Origin: Candidatus Kaiserbacteria bacterium RIFOXYB1_FULL_46_14
GTDB taxonomy: Bacteria > Patescibacteriota > Minisyncoccia > Phycocordibacterales > UBA918
Assembly: GCA_001783525.1 (NCBI GenBank)
Contig: MFMS01000002.1
Coordinates: forward strand, 121,791-185,790
Direction of reading: 5' to 3'
Length of the DNA stretch: 64,000 bases
Part shown: in pieces, positions 21,705-32,105 of the stretch
Position numbering within the stretch: the first letter of the stretch is position 1
How the letters are laid out: every line of letters begins with the position of its first letter
Translations under genes and position numbers: made by a program
The notes under the pieces: model-generated
The model's input: the letters and a program-made list of their open reading frames with translations, nothing else
Told to the model about the DNA's origin: nothing
Databases searched by the model: none

Positions 21705-22433
21705 TTAGAAGTAGCGCGGCAACTGTGGCTTCGAGTACTCGATTTCAATATCATCAAAACGTGAAAGCTGTGAGACCAAGATTGAGCCCTGTTTGACTGA
21801 TTCTAAGACCGCCAAAAACCCCACAATTAATCCGTGTTTTTCTTCCTCCCCCGCCACTAGTTCACTGAAGCGGAGTTTTAATTGCTTTTCGATACGTTGG
21901 TGCAGTCGATCAATCATTTCTTCAAGCGAAACCACTTTTTTTATTTGCACTCGTGGCTTGATTTCTTTGATCGGCAATTCGCTGATCACGCGCGACATTG
22001 CATTGCGCAATTCGTCACTGGTGCAAAATTGATCAGGTAAAAAAATCGCTGTGGTGTCAGGGATGTATTGCCGTTCGTGACTCACCTTTACACCAAAGGC
22101 GGCGCGTACTACTTCGCCAGCGGTGCGGTAAATCTGATAAAGACGCAGACGTTCCTCGAGTTCTTCGATACTGTGCTCTTCTTCCTCCGATAGCTCAAAT
22201 ACCGGCAAAAGGGATTTTGACTTAATGAGAAGCAGAGTGGCCGCGAGCGCCACGAAGTTGGCTGTGCCGGGGAGAGACATCTCCTGCATCTCTGAAACCC
22301 GCGCCATAAACTCATCGGTCACTGTTGCTAGTGAGATGTCGTTGATGAGAAGTTTGCGCTTTTCTACGAGCTCCAAGAGGAGCTCAAGCGGCCCTTCAAA
22401 CACTTCGGTTTTTATGGAGAAGTCGATGGTCAC
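21705..22433 (-). CDS. scpA: Segregation and condensation protein A (kleisin)
   Basis: FEGPLELLL, AATLLLIKSKSLLP and FLAVLE motifs. Confidence 0.9.
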   Translation of the reverse strand: MTIDFSIKTEVFEGPLELLLELVEKRKLLINDISLATVTDEFMARVSEMQEMSLPGTANFVALAATLLLIKSKSLLPVFELSEEEEHSIEELEERLRLYQIYRTAGEVVRAAFGVKVSHERQYIPDTTAIFLPDQFCTSDELRNAMSRVISELPIKEIKPRVQIKKVVSLEEMIDRLHQRIEKQLKLRFSELVAGEEEKHGLIVGFLAVLESVKQGSILVSQLSRFDDIEIEYSKPQLPRYF

Positions 22434-22445
22434 ACTATGATTTTA

Positions 22446-23078
22446 TCATTGTTCAGGGGCAAAATAACCCCCCTTTATCATATGATCGGTCAGCACTTCG
22501 TTAAATCGCTTAATATAAGGAAAATCCTTAACGTATTTGTCTTTGATACTTTTACTTTGCGAGAGTGTTACTCCTGTTCCAAAGCATATCTTTTTTCCGT
22601 TATCGTTGATTAAGTGGAACAAAGGTTCAATTTTATCAATCGCTCTGGTAAATCTAGCTTCTATCGTGGCTTGCTCGTCGTACTGGTTTAAAAGATCGTT
22701 GACTTTATTTTGAATTGAAAGCGGTAATGACCCCACTACTTTTTGTTGAGTCGCTTTTTCATTCTCTCTGTCCGACTGCGTTTTTAGGTAACCAATCCGA
22801 TCGCCGGTCAAAATTTCGTCTATGTCGTGATAAAGAGCAGTCTTAAAGATTTTTTCACTATCCCACACACCTGTTTGTTCAAGTGGTAAAAAGTAATCAA
22901 TCAAAACCATCATTCCATAGACGTGTTCAGCCACGGACTCTGTATCAATCACCTCTTCTCTAGTGTGATGATAACGAATAACCTTCTTCATTTTGAACAG
23001 CTCCTGCAACTTCAGAAGTTCGCCCATAACGAAGCTGTCATCCTCCCGTATTCTTTTTTGCGTTTCTTCGATAGTCAT
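22446..23078 (-). CDS. HD-domain phosphohydrolase (YfbR/HDDC2-like)
   Basis: ESVAEH, YHDIDE...GD and AIDKIE motifs. Confidence 0.85.
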   Translation of the reverse strand: MTIEETQKRIREDDSFVMGELLKLQELFKMKKVIRYHHTREEVIDTESVAEHVYGMMVLIDYFLPLEQTGVWDSEKIFKTALYHDIDEILTGDRIGYLKTQSDRENEKATQQKVVGSLPLSIQNKVNDLLNQYDEQATIEARFTRAIDKIEPLFHLINDNGKKICFGTGVTLSQSKSIKDKYVKDFPYIKRFNEVLTDHMIKGGYFAPEQ

Positions 23079-23084
23079 ACCCTG

Positions 23085-24476
23085 CTAGTAGGTTTCAAGG
23101 AATTTAATGAGAAGACGGACTGGTTCACCGGTTGAGCCTTTGGCTAGTTTGTCGTGCGGAGCGGCGTCCATTCTAGGCGCGATGTCCAAGTGTGCCCACG
23201 GTATGCCCTTTGGTGCGAAGAAAGAAAGAAAAGCCGCACCTTCGATTGCCCCACCAAACTTACTGAAGCTTGGTTGAATATTGACTACATCGGCTCGAGT
23301 CTCGGTAAGTGGTTTTTTGAATTCATCCCAAAGCGGTAGAGGCCACACGTAATCGCCGGTCTCTTCACCAAGGCGTGGCAAAGTCTCCCGCAAGGTGTCG
23401 TTGGTAGTCATTACGGCGCTTGCCTGCTGACCGAGGGCCACCATTGCCGCTCCGGTTAATGTTGCTACATCAATGATCGCTCGTGGCGAAAACTTATTAG
23501 CATATGACATAGCGTCGGCCAAAATGAGTCGGCCTTCGGCGTCGGTGTGAAGCACCTCGATAGTTTTACCCGAATGAGACTTGATGATGTCGCCGGCACG
23601 CATCGACTTTTCTGAGACAGCGTTTTCTGCCACTGGCACAAGTGCTACCACATTTTTCTTAAGTCCTAGTTTTGCGGCCGCCACTATGGCTGCGGCGACT
23701 GAAGAACCGCCAGACATATCCATATGCATGTCGTGCATTCCGCCTGACGGTTTGATGTTGAGACCACCAGTGTCGTAAGTAACACCTTTACCGATTAGAA
23801 CGATCGGTTTTTCCTTCGGCTTGCCGCCTTTGTATTCCATTATCACAAAGCGCGGCATATCGTCGGCACCTTTTCCAACTGCCCATAGAGCATGAAGGCC
23901 TTCTTTCTTGATCTGCTTTTCGTCAAAGACAGTGACTTTGATCTTGGTGCCTTTGGCCAACTTCTTGATGCTTTCACCAAACAGGCGCGGTGTCATGTCG
24001 TCCCCTGGAGTATTGGCGATATCGCGCGCTTGGTTGACGTGTTCGCCGATCAGAATGCCTCGCTTTAAGGCGCTCTGTTGGCCGGAAGCTTCGCTTCCGG
24101 CCAACACCACCTCTTTTAACTCATTTTTCTTGTTCCCTGTTTTATAAGTGTGGAATTCGTAATTGGCTATCAGAACATTTTCCGCTATCGTCTGCCAAAA
24201 CCAGTCACCTCCAAAACCTTTCAATCGAATGAAAGGTTTTGGATCTATCGTCCAGAATAGTTTTTCGATTTTGTGGGACTTAGCTGTTCGAATGATGTTT
24301 CGTATTAACGCTATAAATTTCCGGTTGTTGATTTCGGAAAGTTTGCCAGCAGGGAAACGCAATTCAGTTTGTCCGCTTTTTGTTTCGACAAAGCGATGAC
24401 CGCTTTTCTCATCGGTCAATATCACTGTGACGTAATCCTTAGCTGCGGTTTCGCTTTTACTCGTTTTTACTATCAT
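23085..24476 (-). CDS. pepA: Leucyl aminopeptidase (M17)
   Basis: GKGVTYDTGG, MDMSG, HTDAEGRL and AHLDIA motifs. Confidence 0.92.
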   Translation of the reverse strand: MIVKTSKSETAAKDYVTVILTDEKSGHRFVETKSGQTELRFPAGKLSEINNRKFIALIRNIIRTAKSHKIEKLFWTIDPKPFIRLKGFGGDWFWQTIAENVLIANYEFHTYKTGNKKNELKEVVLAGSEASGQQSALKRGILIGEHVNQARDIANTPGDDMTPRLFGESIKKLAKGTKIKVTVFDEKQIKKEGLHALWAVGKGADDMPRFVIMEYKGGKPKEKPIVLIGKGVTYDTGGLNIKPSGGMHDMHMDMSGGSSVAAAIVAAAKLGLKKNVVALVPVAENAVSEKSMRAGDIIKSHSGKTIEVLHTDAEGRLILADAMSYANKFSPRAIIDVATLTGAAMVALGQQASAVMTTNDTLRETLPRLGEETGDYVWPLPLWDEFKKPLTETRADVVNIQPSFSKFGGAIEGAAFLSFFAPKGIPWAHLDIAPRMDAAPHDKLAKGSTGEPVRLLIKFLETY

Positions 24477-25818
24477 CAGTTTCAGTTTTACTTAGCAAGG
24501 TGTCGATGCGGTTTATGTCACGAGGGAAAAGAGTTGCCTCTTTTACGTTTGTAACGCCACAGAATTTAGCCGTGAGACGTTCTAGACCCATGCCCCAACC
24601 TCCATGTGGTGGAATACCAAATTCAAAGGCCTGTAAATAGAAAGCAAACTTCGTTGGATCAAGGCCCTTGGCAGTAGCCTTGGCTTTCAAGGTTTCAAGG
24701 TCATGTACGCGTTGCCCACCTGTCGTTATTTCTACACCACGGAAAAGGAGGTCAAAGCTTTTTGTGAAGCCAAGGTCGTCTGGATCTTCCATCGTGTAAA
24801 ACGGACGCTTCGAGACAGGATAGTGAGTAATAAAGATAAAGTCACTGCCGAGTTCTTTTTGCGAATACTCACACAACCAGCGTTCGTCTTCTGGTTCGAG
24901 GTCTGGTTCGTTAGTCTTATCAATGCCAGTGCGTTCTTTAATGAGCTGTTGAGCCTCACGAAGCTTCATATGAGGAAACGAGTCTCCTTCAGGTATGAGC
25001 GGCAATGCAATCTCAAGCACAGTAAGATCATCCTGATGGTACTTGCCCAAGTAGTCAGTCAGGTAGCGCATCAAACCGGTTTCAATTCGCATTAGGTCAG
25101 TGTGATCTTTAATGAATCCAACTTCTGCGTCGAGCGAAGTGTACTCACTTAAGTGGCGAGTCGTAGCGCTCTTCTCAGCTCGGAAAGCAGTCGCTAATGA
25201 GAACACTCGCTCAAATACACCAACCATAATTTGTTTATAGAGTTGAGGACTAGTCGCCAAGAAGGCATCTCTATCGTTGAAGTAGCCAACCTTAAACACT
25301 TCAGAACCACCTTCTGCGTCGCCACCTACTAGCTTTGGTGCTTGAAATTCAGTAAATCCTTCTTGACGCAAATATTCACCATAACAACGAGTAATGGCAG
25401 CTTGAATACGAAAGATGGCACGTTCGTGCTTGCGACGTAGTGTAAGAGGCCGGTTGTCCAGCAAGACTTCCAAACTAAGTTCAGCGTCAAGATCAAATGG
25501 GAGAGCATCGGCTTTGTTTAGTATTTCGATACTGGTGATCTCGAGTTCAATATCACCGTTTTGAACTTTGGCATTGACCATTTTTTCCGGTCGTTGATTA
25601 ACGACGCCATTCACTATGACGGCGCTTTCTGGAGAAGCCAACTTGGCAACCTCCAGCACTTCTGGCTTGCCAAATACAACACCTTGCACTACTCCAGTGC
25701 GGTCACGAAAATCAAAGAAGGCCATTTTGCCCTGGTCTCGTCTTACATCGACTATGGCATTAATACAGACTTCACTACCAACTTTTTCTTTCAGTTCTTT
25801 AATTAGTGTTCTTTGCAT
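24457..25818 (-). CDS. aspS: Aspartate--tRNA ligase, short archaeal/eukaryal type (likely non-discriminating Asp/Asn)
   Basis: OB fold; SPQLYKQ, FRAE..TRHL.E and PPHGGWGMGLERL motifs; no GAD insertion; ATG at 25818. Confidence 0.9.
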   Translation of the reverse strand: MQRTLIKELKEKVGSEVCINAIVDVRRDQGKMAFFDFRDRTGVVQGVVFGKPEVLEVAKLASPESAVIVNGVVNQRPEKMVNAKVQNGDIELEITSIEILNKADALPFDLDAELSLEVLLDNRPLTLRRKHERAIFRIQAAITRCYGEYLRQEGFTEFQAPKLVGGDAEGGSEVFKVGYFNDRDAFLATSPQLYKQIMVGVFERVFSLATAFRAEKSATTRHLSEYTSLDAEVGFIKDHTDLMRIETGLMRYLTDYLGKYHQDDLTVLEIALPLIPEGDSFPHMKLREAQQLIKERTGIDKTNEPDLEPEDERWLCEYSQKELGSDFIFITHYPVSKRPFYTMEDPDDLGFTKSFDLLFRGVEITTGGQRVHDLETLKAKATAKGLDPTKFAFYLQAFEFGIPPHGGWGMGLERLTAKFCGVTNVKEATLFPRDINRIDTLLSKTETDDSKNE

Positions 25819-25834
25819 AGTTTTTGTCGCTGCG

Positions 25835-25985
25835 AAAACAGAAATCCTCGCAACAAATTTAATTGTTGCGAGGACGCTGAAGGAGAATCTTCCGCGCGGT
25901 GCCACCTCGCTTCTCGAGCTTAGCTCGAGCACTCTATGCGATTGTTAATAGTAACCTCCGCGGTTGTCAGCCACATCGTTGGTTA
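25835..25985 (-). ncRNA. T-box riboswitch (miniature, Asp specifier) upstream of aspS
   Basis: Antiterminator GCGAGG-TGGCACC-GCGC...GCGT-CCTCGC; overlapping 12-bp terminator with U-tract; Stem III; K-turn Stem I with GAC loop. Confidence 0.9.
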
Positions 25986-26005
25986 TCCGAATATTAGCAT
26001 TTGTC

Positions 26006-26944
26006 CTAGATAATGCCAATTTTCTGACGAACCTGAACCATCTTAGTAGCTGCCTCGGCGCGGGCGGCTTCGCCGCCCGCCTTCAACACCTCCGCCACCA
26101 TCTCATCGGTAATACTCTCACGCTTCTCTCGCATTGGACCAACTAATGCTTCAACGTCACTAAGTAGAGCTTCTTTTAAGTTTTTATACTTACCCTTGTT
26201 TTCTTCGTAAATTTTTTCTAGTTCGTCCTCACTTCTGAGGAGTTTGTGGATAGCATAAACATTTTCTGGGCGGTCGCCAGTGGAGTCAGTGACTATTCCC
26301 ATTACGGCCTTTTGTACTTCTTCTTTTGTACCAAAAAGTGGGATGGTGTTTTTGTAGCTCTTCGACATCTTTTGACCATCTGTGCCTGGCACAGTGCCGA
26401 CACCCGCTACTATCTTTTCAGTAGGCTCCTTGAATAAGTCTCCGTAAGCCACGTTAAATTTCTTGGCGGCTTCGCGAGCATACTCAACGTGTTGTTGTTG
26501 ATCGCGACCAACGGGAACAATGTCGGTATCGTAAAGCAAAATATCAGCTGCCATTAGCATTGGGTAGTTGAACAAACCGGCATTAGCCTCCAATCCTTTT
26601 GCTACCTTATCTTTGTAGGCGTGGGCTAGTTCGAGATATTTCACAGGTATCAGACATTCAAAAATCCAAGCTAGTTCAGTATGTTCTGGTACGTCTGATT
26701 GTTTGAAAATAACTGCCTTTTTTGGATCGACGCCAGCGGCGAGGTAATCCTTCACTACGTCAATGGTGTTGCGACGAAGTAGGTCACTGTTTTTAAGAGT
26801 GGTGAGAGAGTGATAGTTGGCGACCATTAAGTGACTATCGTATTCCTCGTACGTATCAACAAAAGGTTTTAAAGCCCCGAAGTAATTACCGATATGTAAT
26901 GCGCCCGAGGGTTGGAGTCCAGTGAATAACCGCTTTTTAGACAT
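26006..26944 (-). CDS. trpS: Tryptophan--tRNA ligase
   Basis: HIGN, YPMLMAADIL, VPVGRDQ and KMSKS motifs. Confidence 0.96.
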   Translation of the reverse strand: MSKKRLFTGLQPSGALHIGNYFGALKPFVDTYEEYDSHLMVANYHSLTTLKNSDLLRRNTIDVVKDYLAAGVDPKKAVIFKQSDVPEHTELAWIFECLIPVKYLELAHAYKDKVAKGLEANAGLFNYPMLMAADILLYDTDIVPVGRDQQQHVEYAREAAKKFNVAYGDLFKEPTEKIVAGVGTVPGTDGQKMSKSYKNTIPLFGTKEEVQKAVMGIVTDSTGDRPENVYAIHKLLRSEDELEKIYEENKGKYKNLKEALLSDVEALVGPMREKRESITDEMVAEVLKAGGEAARAEAATKMVQVRQKIGII

Positions 26945-26970
26945 TTTTTAATATTAACAAATGAACTCCT

Positions 26971-27456
26971 TTAAAGAAAGAAAAGTACTACGAGTGGCAA
27001 TATAAGCCACAAAAAAGCTAATTTTTCAGACAGTAAGAATTCTGGGAGCGGAGTGCCGGTCGGTATGACGGCATCGACTGGCAAAAAGTGAGTACTGAGT
27101 GTCAGTACCAAAACTGTGAAAAGGCCGGCGAGGAGAAGTTTTTTACCAATGGTTTCAAAAGCACTTTCTAGGTATTCTCGTGGCATCAGACGACTAAATA
27201 ATAAAGCCGATATTATCGTAAATCCAACAAATACCACCAGTGCGATAGCAGCAGAAGCGCTTTTGCCAGCGGCATTTTCGGTCAGCGTTTCTAAGTAAGG
27301 AAAATTGGTGTATAGAAAAAGTCCAAGATAGGCACCCATCATTACATTAATAAGCGCTTGTCGGCCTTTGGCCATTGCTAAGGCAAGACCAAGAACAAAA
27401 GCACCAAGCAAAAAGAACCAGCCGTTTAATATAGAAAGAATGACGTCAAAATCCAT
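26971..27456 (-). CDS. Hypothetical multi-pass membrane protein
   Basis: About 5 hydrophobic segments; ATG at 27456. Confidence 0.7.
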   Translation of the reverse strand: MDFDVILSILNGWFFLLGAFVLGLALAMAKGRQALINVMMGAYLGLFLYTNFPYLETLTENAAGKSASAAIALVVFVGFTIISALLFSRLMPREYLESAFETIGKKLLLAGLFTVLVLTLSTHFLPVDAVIPTGTPLPEFLLSEKLAFLWLILPLVVLFFL

Positions 27457-27505
27457 AATGACAATTGTACAATTGTAAGTACATTCTCGAAGTGGTGCTA
27501 GGTGG

Positions 27506-27548
27506 ATAGAAAACGCGGCGTGGCCATTGGCCACGCCGCGTTTTCTAT
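27506..27548 (-). terminator. Intrinsic terminator after dnaJ
   Basis: ATAGAAAACGCGGCGTGGCC-ATT-GGCCACGCCGCGTTTTCTAT, a perfect 20-bp stem. Confidence 0.8.
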
Positions 27549-27551
27549 ATT

Positions 27552-28619
27552 TTAAATTCCTTCTTCTCGCAATTCCTCCACTAGCTTCTGTGCTTTCCGT
27601 GAAAGTTTTTGTGGTAACGCAATGTCGATCTTTACCAAGAAGTCACCGCGAGCATTGCCACGCCCAGTCGGGACACCCTTGCCTTTGATGCGCAAAGACT
27701 CACCTTGCTTCACACCGATCGGTACATTGATATCGATCGGGCCGTCTAAGGTTTCAACTTGATATGTTGCACCAAGTAGAGCGTCAGTCAGTTTGATAGA
27801 AAGGTCGCGCACTAGATCGCTGCCATTTCGACGGATATGTCGTTCGGCACGAACATGTAGCTTGATGTATAGGTCACCGGTTTGGCCGCCCTGAATTGCT
27901 TCGCCGCGTCCTGTCATACGGATCACTTCGCCGTTTTCGATTCCAGCTGGGACCTTGATAGCGATCTCTTCACTCTTCTTCAACACACCATGACCATGAC
28001 ATTGCTTGCACTTCTCCTTAGGTACTTGGCCGCGGCCTAGACAAGCTGAACACTCACGGACGGTAGTGAAGCTACCGAGCATGCTAGAACGTGTCTCACG
28101 CAAACGACCCTGACCATTACAGGTGGCGCAAGCAGTCATTTCTGTATTTGGTTCTCCGCCGCTTCCTTTACAAGTGTCGCAAACAGAATTCTTAGCCAGT
28201 ACTACTACTCGTTCTATACCAAAGACAGCTTCTTCGAGAGAGAGCTCAAGATCAATAGAGATGTCATTACCACGACGTGCACGTGGTCGGCCAAAGCCGC
28301 CAAATATATCGCCGAAGTTTTCAAAGATATCTCCAAAGTCGAACTGAGCACCGCCCTGTGCGAAGCCGCTCATGTTGCTCCAGTCGAAACCGCCAGCACC
28401 AGCATTATTACCACCAAAGGCACGTCCGTAATTGTCGTATTCAGTGCGCTTTTTTTCGTCGCCCAAAACAGCATAAGCCTCGCTTACTTCTTTGAACTTG
28501 GATTCATCACCAGTTTTTTTATCTGGATGATACTGTGCGGCTAGCTTTCGAAAAGCTTTTTTGATGTCATCTTTGCTCGCACCTTGTTCAATGCCGAGTA
28601 TCTTGTAGTAATCCTTCAT
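27552..28619 (-). CDS. dnaJ: Chaperone DnaJ
   Basis: J domain with HPD, G/F region, four CxxCxGxG repeats. Confidence 0.97.
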   Translation of the reverse strand: MKDYYKILGIEQGASKDDIKKAFRKLAAQYHPDKKTGDESKFKEVSEAYAVLGDEKKRTEYDNYGRAFGGNNAGAGGFDWSNMSGFAQGGAQFDFGDIFENFGDIFGGFGRPRARRGNDISIDLELSLEEAVFGIERVVVLAKNSVCDTCKGSGGEPNTEMTACATCNGQGRLRETRSSMLGSFTTVRECSACLGRGQVPKEKCKQCHGHGVLKKSEEIAIKVPAGIENGEVIRMTGRGEAIQGGQTGDLYIKLHVRAERHIRRNGSDLVRDLSIKLTDALLGATYQVETLDGPIDINVPIGVKQGESLRIKGKGVPTGRGNARGDFLVKIDIALPQKLSRKAQKLVEELREEGI

Positions 28620-28676
28620 AGTTTGCTTTTAGCTACAGGCTGTTACAGGCGCGGTGGCTACGCCACCGCGCACCCC

Positions 28677-30527
28677 TTACTTGCTCTCCTCCTCTGGCGG
28701 TTTCTCTTCTGTCTTCCCTTCTTCTTCCTTATTTTGCATCGCTTCGCCGATCTTGGAAAGGGCGGCCGAAAGAGCCTCAGTTTTGGCCTTTATTTCATCA
28801 AGCGCGTCCTGATCCTTTACTCCGCGCAAGTCGGTGATCTTACCTTCGATCTCAGCCTTCACTTCAGCGGCGACCTTATCAGCGTGATCCTTGAGTGCCT
28901 TCTCGGCGGTGTAGATCATTTGGTCAGCCAAGTTGCGTGCTTCAACTATCTGCTTCTTCTTCTCGTCTTCGGCGCTGTGTGCCTCAGCGTCTTTCTTCAT
29001 GCGCTCGATATCTTCTGTGGTTAGCCCAGAGCTAGCTTCGATACGGATCGACTGCTCCTTGTTAGTGGATTTATCTTTAGCAGTTACGTTAAGAACGCCG
29101 TTACTATCAACATCGAAGGTTACTTCAACCTGTGGTACGCCGCGTGGCGCTGGTGGAATACCATCGAGAATAAAGCGGCCGAGTGGTTTGTTGTCTGCCG
29201 CCAAAGCTCGTTCGCCTTGCACGATGTGAATTTCAGTCGAGGTCTGGTTATCGGCCGCGGTGGAGAACACTTGTGTCTTGCGAGTTGGAATGTGGGTGTT
29301 TTTTTCAATCAGTTTAGTATTTACACCACCCATAGTCTCGATACCTAGAGAGAGTGGAATAACATCGACAAGTGTGATGTCCTGTACGTCTCCTTGGAAG
29401 ATACCAGCTTGAATAGCGGCACCGAGCGCCACCACTTCGTCTGGGTTGATTGATTTGTTTGGCTCTTTGCCAAAGTACTCCTTTACGCTCTCAACAATCT
29501 TTGGCATGCGAGTCTGTCCGCCGACCATAATGATTTCGTCGATCTCATCTTTCTTAAATGGAGAAGCTTCGAGTGCGCGCTTGGTTATCTCCATCGCACG
29601 ATCAATATATTCGCTAGCTAGCTCCTCGAGCTTGGCGCGAGTTATCTTGACCATCATGTGCTTAGGGCCCTCTGCTCCAGAAGTGATGAAGGGAATGTTG
29701 ATCTCTGTTTCCAGACTTGAAGACAGTTCCAACTTGGCTTTTTCTGCAGCTTCGTCTAGTCGCTGGAGAGCAAGTTTGTCTGAAGCAAGATCAATACCCT
29801 CGTCTTTCTTAAATTCAGCAATCAGCCAACGTACGATCCCCTGATCGATATCGCGTCCTCCCATATGAGCGTCACCATCTGTGGATTTAACTTCAACGAC
29901 ATCGTCACCCACTTCAAGTACAGTTACGTCGAAAGTACCGCCGCCGAAGTCGAAGACAACTAGCTTCTCGTCCTTCTTCTTATTAAATCCATAGGCCAGA
30001 GCGGCGGCGGTCGGTTCATTGATGATACGTCGCACTTCAAGACCAGCGATCTTACCAGCGTCTTGAGTAGCCTTGCGTTGTGAGTCGTTGAAGTAGGCTG
30101 GCACTGTAATGACAGCCTCAGTAATCTTTTCTCCAAGCTTAGCTTCGGCATCAGCCTTTAGCTTCGAAAGAATCATCGCCGAGACTTCCTCTGGACGATA
30201 ATCTTTCTCACCCATCTTCACAACCACACCACCTTGTTGCCCTTCTTTTACTTCATAAGGCACGATCGCCTTGTCTTTCTGTACGGCCTCCTCCTTGAAG
30301 GCGTGCCCCATAAAGCGCTTGATGCCGTAAATAGTGCTGAAAGGGTTAGTAACAGCCTGACGCTTAGCGATCTGTCCAACTAGACGTTCGTTTGTCTTTG
30401 AAATAGCTACTACTGAAGGGGTGGTACGTCCTCCTTCTGCGTTTTCAATAATCTTAGGTTCACCAGCTTCAATAAAAGCAATTGCTGAGTTAGTTGTTCC
30501 AAGGTCAATTCCCAAAATTTTTGCCAT
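28677..30527 (-). CDS. dnaK: Chaperone DnaK
   Basis: [17 protein letters not shown] and DFGGGTFD motifs. Confidence 0.98.
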   Translation of the reverse strand: MAKILGIDLGTTNSAIAFIEAGEPKIIENAEGGRTTPSVVAISKTNERLVGQIAKRQAVTNPFSTIYGIKRFMGHAFKEEAVQKDKAIVPYEVKEGQQGGVVVKMGEKDYRPEEVSAMILSKLKADAEAKLGEKITEAVITVPAYFNDSQRKATQDAGKIAGLEVRRIINEPTAAALAYGFNKKKDEKLVVFDFGGGTFDVTVLEVGDDVVEVKSTDGDAHMGGRDIDQGIVRWLIAEFKKDEGIDLASDKLALQRLDEAAEKAKLELSSSLETEINIPFITSGAEGPKHMMVKITRAKLEELASEYIDRAMEITKRALEASPFKKDEIDEIIMVGGQTRMPKIVESVKEYFGKEPNKSINPDEVVALGAAIQAGIFQGDVQDITLVDVIPLSLGIETMGGVNTKLIEKNTHIPTRKTQVFSTAADNQTSTEIHIVQGERALAADNKPLGRFILDGIPPAPRGVPQVEVTFDVDSNGVLNVTAKDKSTNKEQSIRIEASSGLTTEDIERMKKDAEAHSAEDEKKKQIVEARNLADQMIYTAEKALKDHADKVAAEVKAEIEGKITDLRGVKDQDALDEIKAKTEALSAALSKIGEAMQNKEEEGKTEEKPPEEESK

Positions 30528-30556
30528 AGTTTTATATTAGGTTTAAGGGATTAAAA

Positions 30557-31120
30557 TTACTTGCCGACAGCAACCTTAGCAGGGCGAATGATAGTCTCTC
30601 CGAGTTTGTATCCTTTCTGTAATACCGCCGCTACGTTGTTTCCGTCGCCATTTTGAGCGATCGCTTCGTGCTGATATGGGTCAAATGGAAGTCCTTGCGG
30701 ATCAATCTCATCGACACCATAACTCTTCAGTATGGAGGAAAGCTGACCTTCTATACCACGGATACCTTTTTGCAGGTTGGCTGGCAAATCTGCGAAGCCT
30801 TTGTCTTGAAGTGCCATTCCGAAACTGTCACAAAGCGGCAACAAGCGCTCAATATGATCGATCTTTGCTCGTTCGCGGTCTCGTATTCTTTCATCATCCA
30901 AACGCTTGCGAGCATTGAGGAAATCAGCCCGTTGGCGCTGCAATTCCTCAAGAGCAGCCATCTTGTCCTTATCGCACTGTCGCAGCTTCTCCTTCAGTTT
31001 CTTCAGTTTATCCTGACTCAATTCTTCAATTCCATCTTCGTCGATTTCGTCAGCATAATCCTCTGCTATTTCATCCAATTCGATATCATTATCGGTATCT
31101 TTGCCGAACTTTTCCTCCAT
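30557..31120 (-). CDS. grpE: Nucleotide exchange factor GrpE
   Basis: ADFLNARKR, FDP..HEA and QKGY.L...IRPAKV motifs. Confidence 0.95.
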   Translation of the reverse strand: MEEKFGKDTDNDIELDEIAEDYADEIDEDGIEELSQDKLKKLKEKLRQCDKDKMAALEELQRQRADFLNARKRLDDERIRDRERAKIDHIERLLPLCDSFGMALQDKGFADLPANLQKGIRGIEGQLSSILKSYGVDEIDPQGLPFDPYQHEAIAQNGDGNNVAAVLQKGYKLGETIIRPAKVAVGK

Positions 31121-31129
31121 AACTTACAC

Positions 31130-31158
31130 ATTATAAAGAAATAAAATCGTTGTGTCAA
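31130..31158 (-). promoter_or_regulatory. Consensus sigma70 promoter of grpE-dnaK-dnaJ
   Basis: TTGACA-17 nt-TATAAT ending 9 nt before the grpE ATG. Confidence 0.85.
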
Positions 31159-31217
31159 AACAGGGTCATCTGCTATGATCGTCGTCAGTATCTTAACCTT
31201 ATAGAAAGGGGTACCTC

Positions 31218-31901
31218 ATGCGAAAGAGAAAGGCTACACAAGTGCCACCTGCTCTTCCAAAAGAGGTGGCGGAGATTGTTCGTTTTGTCAGACACACGAA
31301 TGAGTTTGGAAATGTTATGCGTCTCATTTGGCGACCCGGCAGTCCTGATGGTGAAGCAGGGCGTGAGCGCAATGACTCCCATACCTGTCAGCTGATGGAT
31401 GTTGTTTGGTTTGTTCAACAGCGTTTCCTCCCACATCTTGACCTTCTTAAGGTGTGGAAATATGCAATGGTGCATGATAAGCCAGAAACATATGCCGGCG
31501 ACACTCCAGCTTTCCCAGACAAGAACGGGGCTTATGTCGCCCTCGATCGAAACGGAAAGAAAGAGCGAGAAAGAATCGCTACGCTACAACTAAAGAAAGA
31601 GTGGGGCGAATCATTTCCGGATTTCCTGTCTTGTCTTGAGGATTATGAACGACAGAATGACGAGGAGAGCCGGTTCGTGTACGCGCTCGACAAGTTCCTG
31701 TCCGACCTCAACATCTACGAGGACAATGGCCGAACCAATCTACAACTTGGCATCACTCGGGACGAACAAAGAGCTTACAAAAGGCCTAGGATAGCTCAAC
31801 ATCCATTTGTTCTTGAACTTTATGACCAGTGGATGGCTTGTTGTGAAAAAGAACCAGATCTGTTCTTTTCATCAACCGAAATACCAAAAGTCGCCGAGTA
31901 A
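31218..31901 (+). CDS. HD-domain phosphohydrolase (YfbR/HDDC2-like)
   Basis: ER.DSH, VHD.PE.YAGD and YALDK motifs; SD AAAGGGG. Confidence 0.8.
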   Translation: MRKRKATQVPPALPKEVAEIVRFVRHTNEFGNVMRLIWRPGSPDGEAGRERNDSHTCQLMDVVWFVQQRFLPHLDLLKVWKYAMVHDKPETYAGDTPAFPDKNGAYVALDRNGKKERERIATLQLKKEWGESFPDFLSCLEDYERQNDEESRFVYALDKFLSDLNIYEDNGRTNLQLGITRDEQRAYKRPRIAQHPFVLELYDQWMACCEKEPDLFFSSTEIPKVAE

Positions 31902-32105
31902 TCGGCGGCTTTTTATGAATCATTATTTATGCTTATACATCAAAAAGCTCCTTGAGGGGCTTTTCTTTTATCGCTTCGCCATCAAGTCGCTAAGTATAAT
32001 TGTTCGCAACGCTCCAATTCTACTAAGCGCTTGCAGGCCCGCCTCGCGGTGTTTTTGTAACAGGACAATAGTTACAAAAACACAACGCTCCGACCGTCAA
32101 AACTA

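Noticed and set aside
25819-25932. 38-aa N-terminal extension of AspRS in the ORF track
   Set aside because: It runs through the T-box antiterminator and terminator; ATG at 25818 gives a normal AspRS start.
32049-32083. CIRCE operator (inverted repeat with 9-nt spacer near the dnaK operon)
   Set aside because: The arms are not TTAGCACTC/GAGTGCTAA, and the site is ~900 bp from the grpE promoter.
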